NCBI GenBank assembly: GCA_030141605.1
Contig: JAQGDQ010000131.1
Location: 248,001 to 312,000, forward strand
Reading direction: 5' to 3'
Source: Tubiluchus corallicola
Taxonomy: Eukaryota > Animalia > Priapulida
DNA: 64,000 nucleotides
The notes under the pieces were generated by a model. It did no database searches. It had not been told where the DNA came from and was given only the letters and a program-made list of their open reading frames with translations. Shown in pieces: positions 1 to 12,200 of this stretch (within the stretch, counting starts at the first letter, position 1; every line of letters starts with the position of its first letter). Made by a program: the position numbers and the translations under genes.

Positions 1-323
1 AGCTGGCCTGTATCATTCAAGAGTAAAATTCGTGGCCTGTAGATGCACCGCAATTTTCAGAATCAGTGATAAAACAGTAAAAAATCACCTTTAAACATTT
101 TCTTTGTAATTTTACACTGGCAGAAGTATCTGGTAAAAATAATTATGCTCTGCTATAATGTCCTTGGTGGTCAAGCGCCCCTCTAAGTCATGAGCCCCTT
201 TGCAACTATGGGCCCTGTGGGTGCATAGTTGAACCACAGGAGCTAAGTTTGTCACCCTCATTCAATAAAGATGTAAACTTTGGATCAGTAGGGAAAGGCA
301 TTTAATATTTTCATAGTCTATAC

Positions 324-3300
324 CTCGACTTCTAGTGGCAGTCCGGTCCACCTACGAAAACCTTTTTGCACCTTTGTAGTGTCCTTCCCTTGGCTCTGAC
401 CTGACCACTCAGTCGGCAACTTCGGGTACACTTCCTGTAGTTGCTTTTTCATAACGGTAAACTTTACTTTCGGTTTCTGTTTTTCAGGTTGCTTTCCTAA
501 AACCAAGATATTATATTAAATAAACTGAAGATGAGATGTAGAAGAAAGATTCAAATAAAAAATAAATAGCAAATTAGAACAGGATAAAGAGAAAACTACT
601 GAAATCCTTCTTAACAGCAAAAATAGGCACAATTAACAAAAGAAAAGACACAGCATTTCAATCATTTTAACAAGTAAAGAAAAGTAAAGAAAATGTAAGA
701 TAAAGATAGCAAAAGAGACACACTTAATTTGTAGGCGAGACAAAATAAAATGTGTTAGTCTATTATGATAAAATGATAACAGAACACAAATCTTAGAACC
801 GATTATTGGACAGAATGTATGTAGCAACCCATATAAATAGGCATTCAAGGTACTTTTTAGCGACACAAGCTAACATTGAAATGTTTCCATATAAAATTTA
901 CTGTTTATTGGCCCATTCCATGAATGGAGTGTAAATGATCATTCCTGTTGCACATCGTTGTCCTCACGTCATTGCGAACTGAACACAATCAGAAATTCAT
1001 GTTAATTCGCAAAAACAGAATCATGAAATCTGCATGGTAGGTGAGTGGGATAGGGGTTGAAACAATGGTGTGGTGAATGGTGACCTTGGTTCAAGGGTCA
1101 AGACACAGAATATTTGTGAATTTGAGTGAATACTGAATACTTGTGTAGAGTTGATACCGGGATAGAGGCTAAGATAATGGTAAGGTTCACACTGAGCACT
1201 AGGATTGTTAAAGGGCTGGTATAGGAATCAAGAAGTGAAAACTTTAGTAAATCTAAAACTATAGTACCAAGAGTTAGGAAACTTGCAGGGTAGACAACTG
1301 GGGTAAGGGTCCAGACAACGGCACAGTTAAAAGCTGGGACTGTTTAGAACTAAGGCAACTGCTCAGTCACACATGGGTAAACCGCACCGACCAGGCACAG
1401 TCAAGTGATAAACACGCTCAGAATGAGTCCATCTTATCTTACTGATAATCTTGTATTCTGACATTTGACCTTAAAAAATTACCTAAACAGAAATATACAA
1501 AGTGTCAAAGGTTTAAAACCTGACCTGACGTTTTCTGTTTCTCTTGATCACTTGTTAGCTCTGCACTTTGGTCAACATCATGGGCATCAAATTCTGCAAA
1601 GTAAAGAAACCAAATAAATTACTTATAGCCAGTTCTGAATTTCCGTAAAACTTCTTGGCAAAGAATGAAATTTTGCCAAAGCACAGCTGCACTGAACTGA
1701 ATCACCATGACCTCTCATTATACAAAATCCCCATTAAGGATTTTTTGGCATTTGAGAAGATTGGTGCATTTTTCTGAAGACAGCATGATATCTTTACAAA
1801 TATTTAATGTCACTTAATGACAGAATGACAGATTGTGACTCATAATTTTACGCAAGCAGTTTTAATATCATTTAGTATGATATCATGTAAAAAGTATAAT
1901 AAAGACACAATTCAGATGTTATAAAATCACAAGATAATCAAGTACAAATTTTTTAGATCAAAATATATGTAACTGTTGTTGACCAGCTATGGACAGTCAA
2001 CTTCTGCATGTTTCAGAACTACTTTTACATGTAACTGCAAAAGCATGTTTCAAACAAATAAAAGCAATAAAAAGTACAGGTGATTTCTATTACTTTTCTT
2101 GAATTCACTCCTGGCAGAAATTGGCAAATCACCATACTTGTCTTCCAATTTAAGGGCTTCTTCCAGGTGCCTGCGCCAGAACAAAACACATCATAAATAT
2201 GCTTAATGACAAAATTATAGATGCAAAATTTGTAAATTAGCAATAATGATGAGCATTTCAACCAGCCAGTCGAGAAAAATTCATGTATCTTGAACAAAGA
2301 TTTGAGGACTGACTACAATTCACCACCTTAAGACTTTAAACATAAAACGTTGGGAATTTATTTACTGGAAATTGGAAGTATTAAAACTGATAAAAAACAT
2401 GCTATATATAAAACATCATTCATCATCCAGAAAGCCCCGAGCTCAATTGCTTCCAATGCAAAATCTTGGTTAATTTCAGACTATTTACTGTCAGTCTAAT
2501 GATTGTAATTTTTTCAGGCAGTTTAAAAATATTAATTAGTGGCGTACTAGCTAATAAACAACAATATGAGAAACAATATATATGAACTTCAAAATTTCAT
2601 TGGCATTTGATCAGTTTTTATATGCACGTAACTGGTAAATCTCGTTTCATACATGTATGCACAAAATAACGAAAATTTCATACCTCGTTTGATCAGATGT
2701 CCAGGACTTTTCTGTACTTTGAAATTCAGGAGCCTTGGGTTTAATGTAATCGAAGCTTAGGGTATCCTTCACTAGTCCGAATTTGGCTGACTGATTATCA
2801 GAGTCGCCATAGTTATCTAATAGCTTTGTAATCTTATTTTTCAGTTCAGGACTTTTTGTGTGATGCTCAACCATCCACCGGGCAGTGTGTGGATCGATCT
2901 TTGAGACGATATTAGTGGTCCAGTCCACGTGCTCAGAGCTTGGCATACACTGAAGTTGGAAGTGTTGTTCTAATTCAAAATCTGGTTCTTCTTTGGGCTT
3001 ATCAAGTTGTGACTTGAGATTACGTAAGTCTATATCACTAGGTGGCGTCACCTCGGGCATAACAATTCGTTTTGGCTCCTGCTCCTCTACCTTCTTGTGC
3101 TTCAGTAGCTGTTGACCAACTAAGCGAGAAGATTTGATTGGCTGTCCTAACCTACAAATTAGTGAAGGTCCTATCACAGATACAACTGAAGATGCATCAA
3201 ATAGGGACTTTTCTTTTGCAGGTTTTCCATAATCTTCTTTACAACTCTTCCCACGGTCATCAAGATCGAAGCGTAAAATGTTGTTGAGCTGTGCGATAAA

Positions 3301-3570
3301 CTCGGGATAATGTTGTATTTTTGTATCAGCTTTGGGTGTTTTGGATTTAGTGTGTTTGCCAAAGAATTTAGTGCTTTCTAGTTCAAAATTTGAAGACTGC
3401 TGTTCACTAAAAGCTGCAGCAGACACATTCGACAGGTTGGACCGTGGAGAAAAAACCTGCTGTGGTGTAGTAGATTTAATTTTAAGACGATTTGCAGAAA
3501 TGTTCAATGGTCTAGTTATTTGAGTCACTTTCTCATCAAGAGTTGCACAGGAACATAATTTGTCCTCCAT
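324..3570 (-). CDS. HEATR4: HEATR4-like protein, 5' part (exons ~3570/3590-2684, 1593-1525, 496-324; gene continues beyond window start)
   Basis: The 314-aa ORF is bounded by acceptor ttttatag|TG (exon starts 3590) and donor GAG|gtatga (exon ends 2684). Downstream exons EFDAHDVDQ... and GKQPEK...KQLQEVYPKLPTEW...KGFRRWTGLP have canonical splice sites. Motifs W...SKIDPHTARW and QLQEVYP...RRWTGLP resemble the HEATR4 N-terminal region (from recall). Phase mismatch between exon 2684 (phase 2) and exon 1593 (phase 1) implies one unlocated exon. Confidence 0.6.
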
Positions 3571-4095
3571 TATGCTTAATTTTGGAATCACTATAAAATA
3601 AATATATATCCATCACAACACATTTGTATAATTCCTTCGTTGAAAAGCTTAATATTTGGTAAATATAACATAGTGCCCAGCTTTAGATCATAGCTCGAAA
3701 TGACATAAGATACAGATTGTATCATTAAAAAGTACTTAAAGCAAACCCTGACCCAATCTTAAACTGTAAGTGTAACTTGTAAGTCAAAAATCTACTCTTT
3801 AAAATAATGAAAAGAGACGTTACATTTTTCAGAAAGCCTTACATAAAGGAATTATTACCGCACGAACGCAATTTTGGTTTCGCGTCACTGGTTCTTCGCT
3901 GTTACATGCATTTCGCCATTTTCTAGTTCGACGGACACTAGCGCCTGCACTTTGAAAATGCATTGCACAAAAAAACAGGTGCTCTACCTCTCAGTTCAGA
4001 TGTGTTCGTTTCTGACGTACTTCACGCGGCACTCTAATGTGGTTCAAAAATTTAAGCTTGGTTTAGGGCATACTATCATAATGAATATTAAATTT

Positions 4096-4839
4096 GGCGC
4101 TATTACACTTTCGCACCGCCTAGCTTTTCCTGGCCTATTGGTTGTTTTCACGCCTGCAGGCCAGAAAGCAGACCAACAGGCGTAATATACACCATATTCC
4201 CATAATATTATTGCTTCTTACGCTTTATAAGTCCAGATTAAAATCAGATTAAAATCATGCATTACTTACCTACCGCCGCCATTAAAAGCTGCACGTGAAT
4301 AACCGTGTTTACACCACTGAAGTGCAATCGCTCTCGCGCAGTGACGTGTGTGGCCCTTAACCTGTATTTTTAGTTTCTTCGCATAATTTATGATTATTAG
4401 GGTTGCAGCTATGGGAGTTTGTATCGTATCGCGGGTGGGCCTGGAACGGAACAGTTATTTATCATTAATTTTATTTATTACCGTAGTATTATTACTATTA
4501 GAATATAAAAAAAGTAAAGGTTTTTTCTTTATTTCATAAATGCGGTGAAGATGAAAGTGTGTCACGTGCCTTTTAAGCTAGGCCCTGATAATGCATAAAC
4601 TAGTACGAAATTTGTCACGTGACTACACACACAAACAAGATGGCGATACGCCCTGTATAGGTGTAGAACTGTGAATACAGCGTAATTATTGGTAATGATA
4701 CCTAAATATATTATTAAATTACAATTAGATTAGCGGAAACATTCACTGATGACGTAAGAATAATAGAATGATGACTTACGAGCCTAAAAACGAGTAATAA
4801 CCTATAAAAAGCTAGGCGGTGCGAAAGTGTAATAGCGCC
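4096..4839. mobile_element. Non-autonomous DNA transposon (MITE), GG..CC termini, 8-bp TSD (Merlin/Mutator-like)
   Basis: TIR ggcgctattacactttcgcaccgcctagctttt at 4096, with its reverse complement ending at 4839. Identical flanks TTAAATTT at 4088-4095 and 4840-4847. Confidence 0.9.
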
Positions 4840-5275
4840 TTAAATTTTGGGAAAATGCTTTATGTCAGAAAGAAATACATTACAGCACATAACTTTTAAC
4901 ATATAAACTAATAAATTTTAAGAACGAAATCAAAGAGAATCCTGGCCAATCTTATTACATGTCAAATCTAGTAACAGCTTTGTAATCTTAATTCTTTTAG
5001 TTTTAAATTAGAAACGTAACAAGATATAAACAAAAATCTAATTTTGTTTCTACACGTGCTCAGCTCTAGATCCGATGACGTCATCAAAATAAAGATTAAA
5101 TTCTGCTTAAACTATTTAATCTTATTATGTGTTGGTTACATAACAGTGTAACTGCGGAATAATAGCCATAACAAACGTAGGGAATAAAACAACTTTTCTT
5201 AAACGCAACTTTGTAGCTGTTGTAATACGCTTTTACTTAATGTTTTTAATAACATGTCGTTTGGTGCGGACTGCA

Positions 5276-5289
5276 GTTGTTATAGAAAC
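5276..5289. promoter_or_regulatory. RFX X-box motif GTTGTTATAGAAAC
   Basis: Exact match to the X-box consensus GTHNYY-AT-RRNAAC, located between two divergent cilia/flagella-type genes. Confidence 0.55.
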
Positions 5290-5510
5290 ATTATAAACAA
5301 TCAGGCTGCTTGATCGCCTGGCTGGAATATAGAAGAAACCAAACGAAATTTGAAATTCTTGTTCGTCTCCAAATGAAACCTCCTTCAAGAAAGTTAATGC
5401 AGCAATTTTTTACAACTATTGTAGAAAGTTTACTGAAGGAAAATCAAACTGAAACATTCTTTAATTTAGTTGTTGATTGACTTGATTCTAACTAAAACTA
5501 GAGTGAGGAC

Positions 5511-7599
5511 CAGTGGCGTGTAGTGGGTCGCGGAACAACGCATGCAACCAGCTAGGGGTCTGGGAGAGCGTTGTACCCAGCCGGTATGGCGCGGAGCCAC
5601 AGCCACCAACGCATATTCTTGTTTTTAAGGGTATTTTGGAGGTGTGAAATGAGATCTAAATTCTGGTACACAAACTTTCTCAAACGTGAAAAAATGTACC
5701 TATAATAAGTGAATTTTTAGGCAATTCATCTATATCTTTTGTAGCTAACATAAAGAATAGATTATAGTTATTTGAAACACTGGCCCTATTGATGAACCAA
5801 CAAATTGTATGCCTCGTTCCGTTTTTTGTTATCTAGGACTTACCTAAAATACTTGATAAAGTATTATACAACCAAGTTTAACTGCTTGAAAACCATTAAT
5901 TTACCAAAACTACAATTTCGGATACAGATAAAACATTGTTGATGTGGTATTATGTTATTATAAATAGAAAACTAGAAATAAGCACAGATAAATAGCTGTT
6001 AACAGCTAATAGCAGCTGAAATATTATTCAACCTTACATGAAAACCTGGTGCAGCTCATTCATTCAAATGAATGATGCTTCTGCAGTACTAGGCAATTAC
6101 AGCAAAATAATAATAACAATAATAGTTTCTTTACATTTGAGACAGATAAGCAATTTCTAAAGTAAGTTTACTCATCTATTGGAAGTGGTTTACATACAGT
6201 GAAAGAAAACATCCAGGAATACATGAGAACAGAGTCGATAACAATATCTAGCTTATTTAACTAAACTCATTTTACTTAGCGTCACCATTAAAACAAATAC
6301 AATTTTTATTCACTATCCCCATAGAAAAATGTTTATAAATATAAAACTGTTCACTTATTAAGAAATTGTCTCACTGACGATTTTACATTCTGCACACAGT
6401 AATTTGTTCATATGAATTCACTGACTTATAATCACAGAAAGCCCTGAAGTCACACAAAATTGACTGATTGGTAATGTTAAAATGCAAAGTAATACAACAA
6501 AACTATAAGCTCTAAACTTGGAAAAGAAAATTTAGGAAAACCTTTATGGCTTTTTGTTCTAATGTGCAAATAAGTTACCAGAAAAAAGACTGCTGTAAAC
6601 CTGTCAATCAAAATTTTTTAGCATGATTCATAACATATTTAAAATGTGGTTGGGTAAAAATGTATTAAAACTTAATTGTCTTTTGTCAAATTGACAGGGG
6701 CTTGCCACATTGCTAATTAACTTGTCGTCATAAACTGGGTGAAATTTTCTGAATTTAGTGGCCTCATACGTCAAAAGTGTTGCGTGAATCGCAGAATATT
6801 GCTTTAATCTACCGCGTTGCAATAGGGTAGCTAATTAAGTGCAGTGGCGCACCATACCCTCTGCGTTACCTGTTGTGTTTCCAGACAGTTTTTTCACATT
6901 GTCTAGCACTGTCGATGGGCGATTCTATTTCTTGCAAAGGATAGGGAAGTTCTATCTCACTGCAATGGCACTTTACGCTATGTTTAGGCTGGGTTAGCAA
7001 TTTGGAGGCAAATCGGGAGAAACTGAGGTTATTACTAAAATCTCATTTAAAAATTCCAACTTGGGAGAGTTGAAATGTCTGGTATTTATTGTAACTGACG
7101 CAGATCTAAGCTACAATTATGCAGTGTAATTCAACTTTAATGAAGCAGTCTGTCGCATGTACCAAAGCCGTACCTTGTTTAAAAACCAACTCTTACATCC
7201 TAGCTAATTAAAAATATGTTAATAAAGAAACGTTGTAAAAGAAATGCTTACCACACATGAACTTCTCGCATACTGAAGTCCAACTACTGCTTTAACACTA
7301 CACTAAAGTCCACTAACAGTACACTACACTAACACATCACACTAAATTGTAATCAGTACATTTTCACATTGGAAAATATCGTGAATGCATGCAGCTCCGT
7401 CGGTTGTGTAGTGTGATGGTTTTTGCAAAACCTATAGCATACCGACATTATAGTGTAATACGAGTGTAAAACGTTAATAAATATTAGCAATAATAGTTAA
7501 TTATCAGAAATATTTACAAGTGCTTTTTACATCCTAATTATTTTTTGGAAATTAGGAGGATGCAGGGCATACGTTGCATGCATGGACTGCACACCACTG
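5511..7599. mobile_element. hAT-superfamily non-autonomous/decayed DNA transposon
   Basis: Termini CAGTGGCGTGTAG ... CTGCACACCACTG. Perfect 8-bp TSD GTGAGGAC at 5503-5510 and 7600-7607. No intact transposase ORF. Confidence 0.88.
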
Positions 7600-7770
7600 G
7601 TGAGGACGTAATTTAAAACTTTTTAAAGAACAGTCACGTCTTGACATTCGTAAATATTCATTTACTGTTAGAGTAGTGAATCACTGGAATAATCTGCCCG
7701 TCATGGTGATTGCCGCACCTACTACAGTAAAGTTTAAATTCTTTATCGATAATTATTTTGTGGAAAAATA
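7600..7770 (+). mobile_element. CR1-type LINE 3' remnant (ORF2 C-terminus)
   Basis: Translates to NLKLFKEQSRLDIRKYSFTVRVVNHWNNLP, the typical CR1 ORF2 end motif (KL.K...RLD.RK..F..RV...WN.LP). Confidence 0.8.
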
Positions 7771-9209
7771 TGAGGTTTATACTATTTACATTTCTATAAG
7801 TTTACTCGCTTAGCCCTTAGTCATGACACGTTTTTTGACAGCACAACAATATAACAGTATAAACATAAGCTGTCTATTGTATAATAACTACGAAATCACT
7901 AAAGATCAAGAAATGGTTATTATTGTAAATGATTATTTTCATGGTTTTATGACTACTGCGCCTAATGGGAATCTTCCCTAATTAGCCTCTAATACTAATA
8001 GAAATTGTGAAAGACTGAATAATGTTCACTTCTTTGATACTGATGTAAGAAATATGATGCATAAAATCAACCCTTATAAATCAACAGGCACAGATGTTAT
8101 CCATCCCTTCATTTAAATAAAATGTTTTAAATTTTGTTTCTCCATTATACCTACTATTTAAAGAATCTGTTGATTCTTCCCAGTGACTTTTGACTTTGAA
8201 ATTCGAATCAAACCAAATTTCAAGATTTCGAATCCAAATAGAAGTTGAACTTAGTTTTAAAGATTTTCGAATAAATTCAATAAAAGGTAATCTCACAAAG
8301 ACATGTATGTATTGCTTGATTTTGTTTTGCAGTAAAAACACTAATATTTGTGTAAAAATTGTGCACACAAATCACAGCAAAATTGTGTATATTGCATGCT
8401 GTTTCAAACGTTTTAATGATAAATAATGCCAACTAGTTGAAGTAGTTAATTATTTGAACCGTAATTTTAAATTCGAATCGAAACTCGAACATTCGATCAC
8501 CCCTAGTGGCTGGCTATATGCTTATAATGTATTCGAAAACAAAGTAGGAGTCTTGTTTAACGTTTAATTATCTAATAATAAATTCAATAAAAGTTTTAAA
8601 CATGTCATCTAAAACTTCATCATTCCGACCTTGTGCTGTCTCTCTCTCTCTTTTGCTTTCCACACTTGCTCTGTCCTGAGGTGCACTACACCAAACAAGT
8701 AAAGTGCGGCACTAATTCCAGACACTACAATGCTAATGTTTCCCGATACTTAAAAAAGTTCCAAACAATTAATAGAAAGTTATAGATGGGTTTCTTTAAC
8801 TAATCAAATTATTTTAATTTCTATTATAAATTATCATATCATAAATTACTATACTGAGCATAGCAATCTTTATTTTCCTTGAAATCATTCTGAGTTATCG
8901 ACACGTGTCATTCATTTTGACAACTACATGTAATAATAGCACTAAAAAGCAGAAACTGCAGGAAATCAGCTGATAGGTTTTAATTACTTGTTATTTCATA
9001 ATACGTTACTGAATAAAAATTTAATCAAGCATTTTATTCGCATTATTTGAATTGGCTTTGACTTTTTTATGAGAATACCACATTCTTTTTGAAGGCATGA
9101 AAATGAATGTCCTCAGGTGGTGACAAATCTATTGCTGAAATAATCATTTTAAATATAAATATTTTACTATTATAGATTTTATTTGCTAACTTACTGTAAC
9201 TCTGTTAGT

Positions 9210-12200
9210 ATGGAGTGTTTGGATGTGATGTTGTCACCAGAAGCTGTGGCGGATTTGTGGGCAATTCAAGGAAAAGAAAAATACGAGTGAGCATATAATA
9301 TATACTAATTTACTAATACTATAAAATTAGCAATGTGTGGCATAAGAGTGTCCATACTAAATTGATAACCTAATTCATAACTAAAAACAGGTTTCGGCTT
9401 CAGTAAACAGTTAGGATTTACCTTATTTTTTATCTGCAATTATTTGTTTCAACAAGCATCTGACACTCTATGAATATTTATTATGATGTTATTTGCTATA
9501 GGAAGTGTTCAGAGTATTTTCACTTTACATCATTTAAAACAGACTTACGTCATTTGTCTATTCTGGATGCCTTGATCTATGCTATAAGATGGGCACAAGA
9601 AGAAGATTTTAGTAGCCAATCTACTGCTTTATTTCTGAACATGTTTACAAACTGCCTAACAAATGTGACAGGTGGGTCTGCATATTAACTTTAAAACTTT
9701 TAAAAGTGATTGTTATTTTGATTGGATTAATAAAAGTATTAAAAATGCTTAGACTGTTTTTCTTACTATATGTATTTTGTATTGTGTCATATATTTCTGT
9801 CATATTTTGTTTATGTTGTTAAGGATAACCCAGAAAAAGAAAATGATTTAAAGCGCATTTAAAGAAAACCCTCAATGTACATAAAGCTTGAAAAATTCGC
9901 CTTGAAATTTTATATTACTTACATACTGCCTTTTTACATACAGGACTTCAGTCGGCAGTCACGCTGTCTGAAGCATGTAAATTTAAACTCCCGTGATGAC
10001 CGTTAGGCGCAGCAGCCATTTTGACGACAGGTTATTTGAAACAAGTTTGGATAACATTGTGTAAAATTTGAAAAAATAATCAGAGCATTCATAAGCACAC
10101 ATGTCACTTACTGACTAAATTTTTAAGTGACCGTGTCTTGTCAATAAGATTAAAAATACGGTTTTGGCTAGTGAGTGGTGCACCCTGGAGGTCACCCCTG
10201 GTGAGTCAGCGACATTTTACCATGTGATGAAAGCATTTTAAATAATTAGTAACTTTCTTTTCCAGTTACATAAGTCTTTCCAGCAGGTAAACGAAATTCT
10301 AAGAATATAGATTTGCATGGAAAATTTTGTGGAACATAGTTTAGCATTGCCTTTTCTTCCTCTGATTTACTTTAAAGTGTTTCTTTAAAGCGCATTTAAA
10401 GAAAACCCTCAATATACATAAAGCTTGAAAAATTCGCCTTGAAATTTTATATTACTTACATACTGCCTTTTTACATACAGGACTTCAGTCGGCAGTCACG
10501 CTGTCTGAAGCATGTAAATTTAAACTCCCGTGATGACCGTTAGGCGCAGCCATTTTGACGACAGGTTATTTGAAACAAGTTTGGATAACATTGTGTAAAG
10601 TTTGAAAAAATAATCAGAGCATTCATAAGCACACATGTCACTTACTGACTAAATTTTTAAGTGACCGTGTCTTGTCAATAAGATTAAAAATACGGTTTTG
10701 GCTAGTGAGTGGTGCACCCTGGAGGTCACCCCTGGTGAGTCAGCGACATTTTACCATGTGATGAAAGCATTTTAAATAATTAGTAACTTTCTTTTCCAGT
10801 TACATAAGTCTTTCCAGCAGGTAAACAAAATTCTAAGAATATAGATTTGCATGGAAAATTTTGTGGAACATAGTTTAGCATTGCCTTTTCTTCCTCTGAT
10901 TTACGTGGCGTAGTGATGTCATGTAATGGCGACTTTGGAACAGTATTGCGGGAGATTTAAAATGAAAACAAACAAAAATTCCTTTCAATGCGAGTACAAT
11001 ATATATGCATAAAATTGCTATAAAGTAATATAATTTTTTAAGGCGATTTTTCTGAAACCTACATCAGGTACCACTTTTCTTGTCCTTTAAAGCATCGTAG
11101 TATACTATTTATGTATATGTGAATATTCTGGAAATGATTTGCACATAAAAATTTTGACATTGCTAATGTTTTGGCTAACTTGGGTGATGCACAGGTCATG
11201 AAAGATATGTAACCATTGAAATTAAAGTATCACGTGTCAGAACTAAATCGTTGTAAACATTTCTATGTTGCAATAATTATTTGTGTGTAATGTTGCTGTT
11301 CGCTGGTATAATAACATTCTTTATTTTTCTATTTGTGTAACCTAGAAATATAAAATAGAAATTTCGCAAACAGAAATGTAGTTCCTTCAACTTTCTTTAC
11401 TTTATTGTTTTTCACATTTTATTGCTTTTCCCTGTTATGTAAAATATGTTACAAAGTTATATGTAACAAAGCTTGTTGTTTGTAATCGAGTTATATGCAC
11501 ACATGATTTGTTATATGTTACAAAGTTACAAAGGCTTATACTGCGAGAGTCATTGCAATAAGAGAGAATATAAGAGAGACAATTGTAGAGAAGTGAACAT
11601 TAGGTTGGAAGAGAAATCAAACCTGGAAACTGTAAATATTTGCTGAAGGACCAGTGGGCTAGGGAACTATTGGACTACAGGAACATAGATCCATTGGACC
11701 CCAAGGAACTATCGATGGAGCTATTACATGGTTTTGTCTATTTTGGACAGGCGTGCAAACTATTGTATTAAAAAAAACTATATGAAACAACTTAATAAAA
11801 TGTTTCAGAATTGCTTTGCCTTTGCCATTTTTGTTGCAAGTTTTTATTGTCTTTTTGCAGAGTGTTCTGATGTGGGTATCCTTACTGGTAACCTTCTCAA
11901 TTTGTTGCCTGAAGAGAGTGAACCTGAGCCTGAAGAACCCAATCAACAAGAGGCCCCATTAGAGAGCATCGTGGACATTACTATTCCCAAAAGTTTGTCA
12001 AAAATCAAGAGTTTTATTGTGGAGGATGTTGTCAAACCACCTGTTCTTTCTGCGAAAGAATTGGCTTTGTCTATTGATTACATAAGAAACACGTATGTAA
12101 ACTATTTATTGTTCATTTATTTTATATCGTATATTATGAGGAATAGTGTTTTTGCACAGGAATATTATAACTAGTGAATCTGTTTAGTACTTTTTTCCAT

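Noticed and set aside
4746-4790. Hammerhead candidate CTGATGA-cgtaag...cttacg in the MITE
   Set aside because: Stem II is followed by AGCC rather than GAAA, and there is no stem III.
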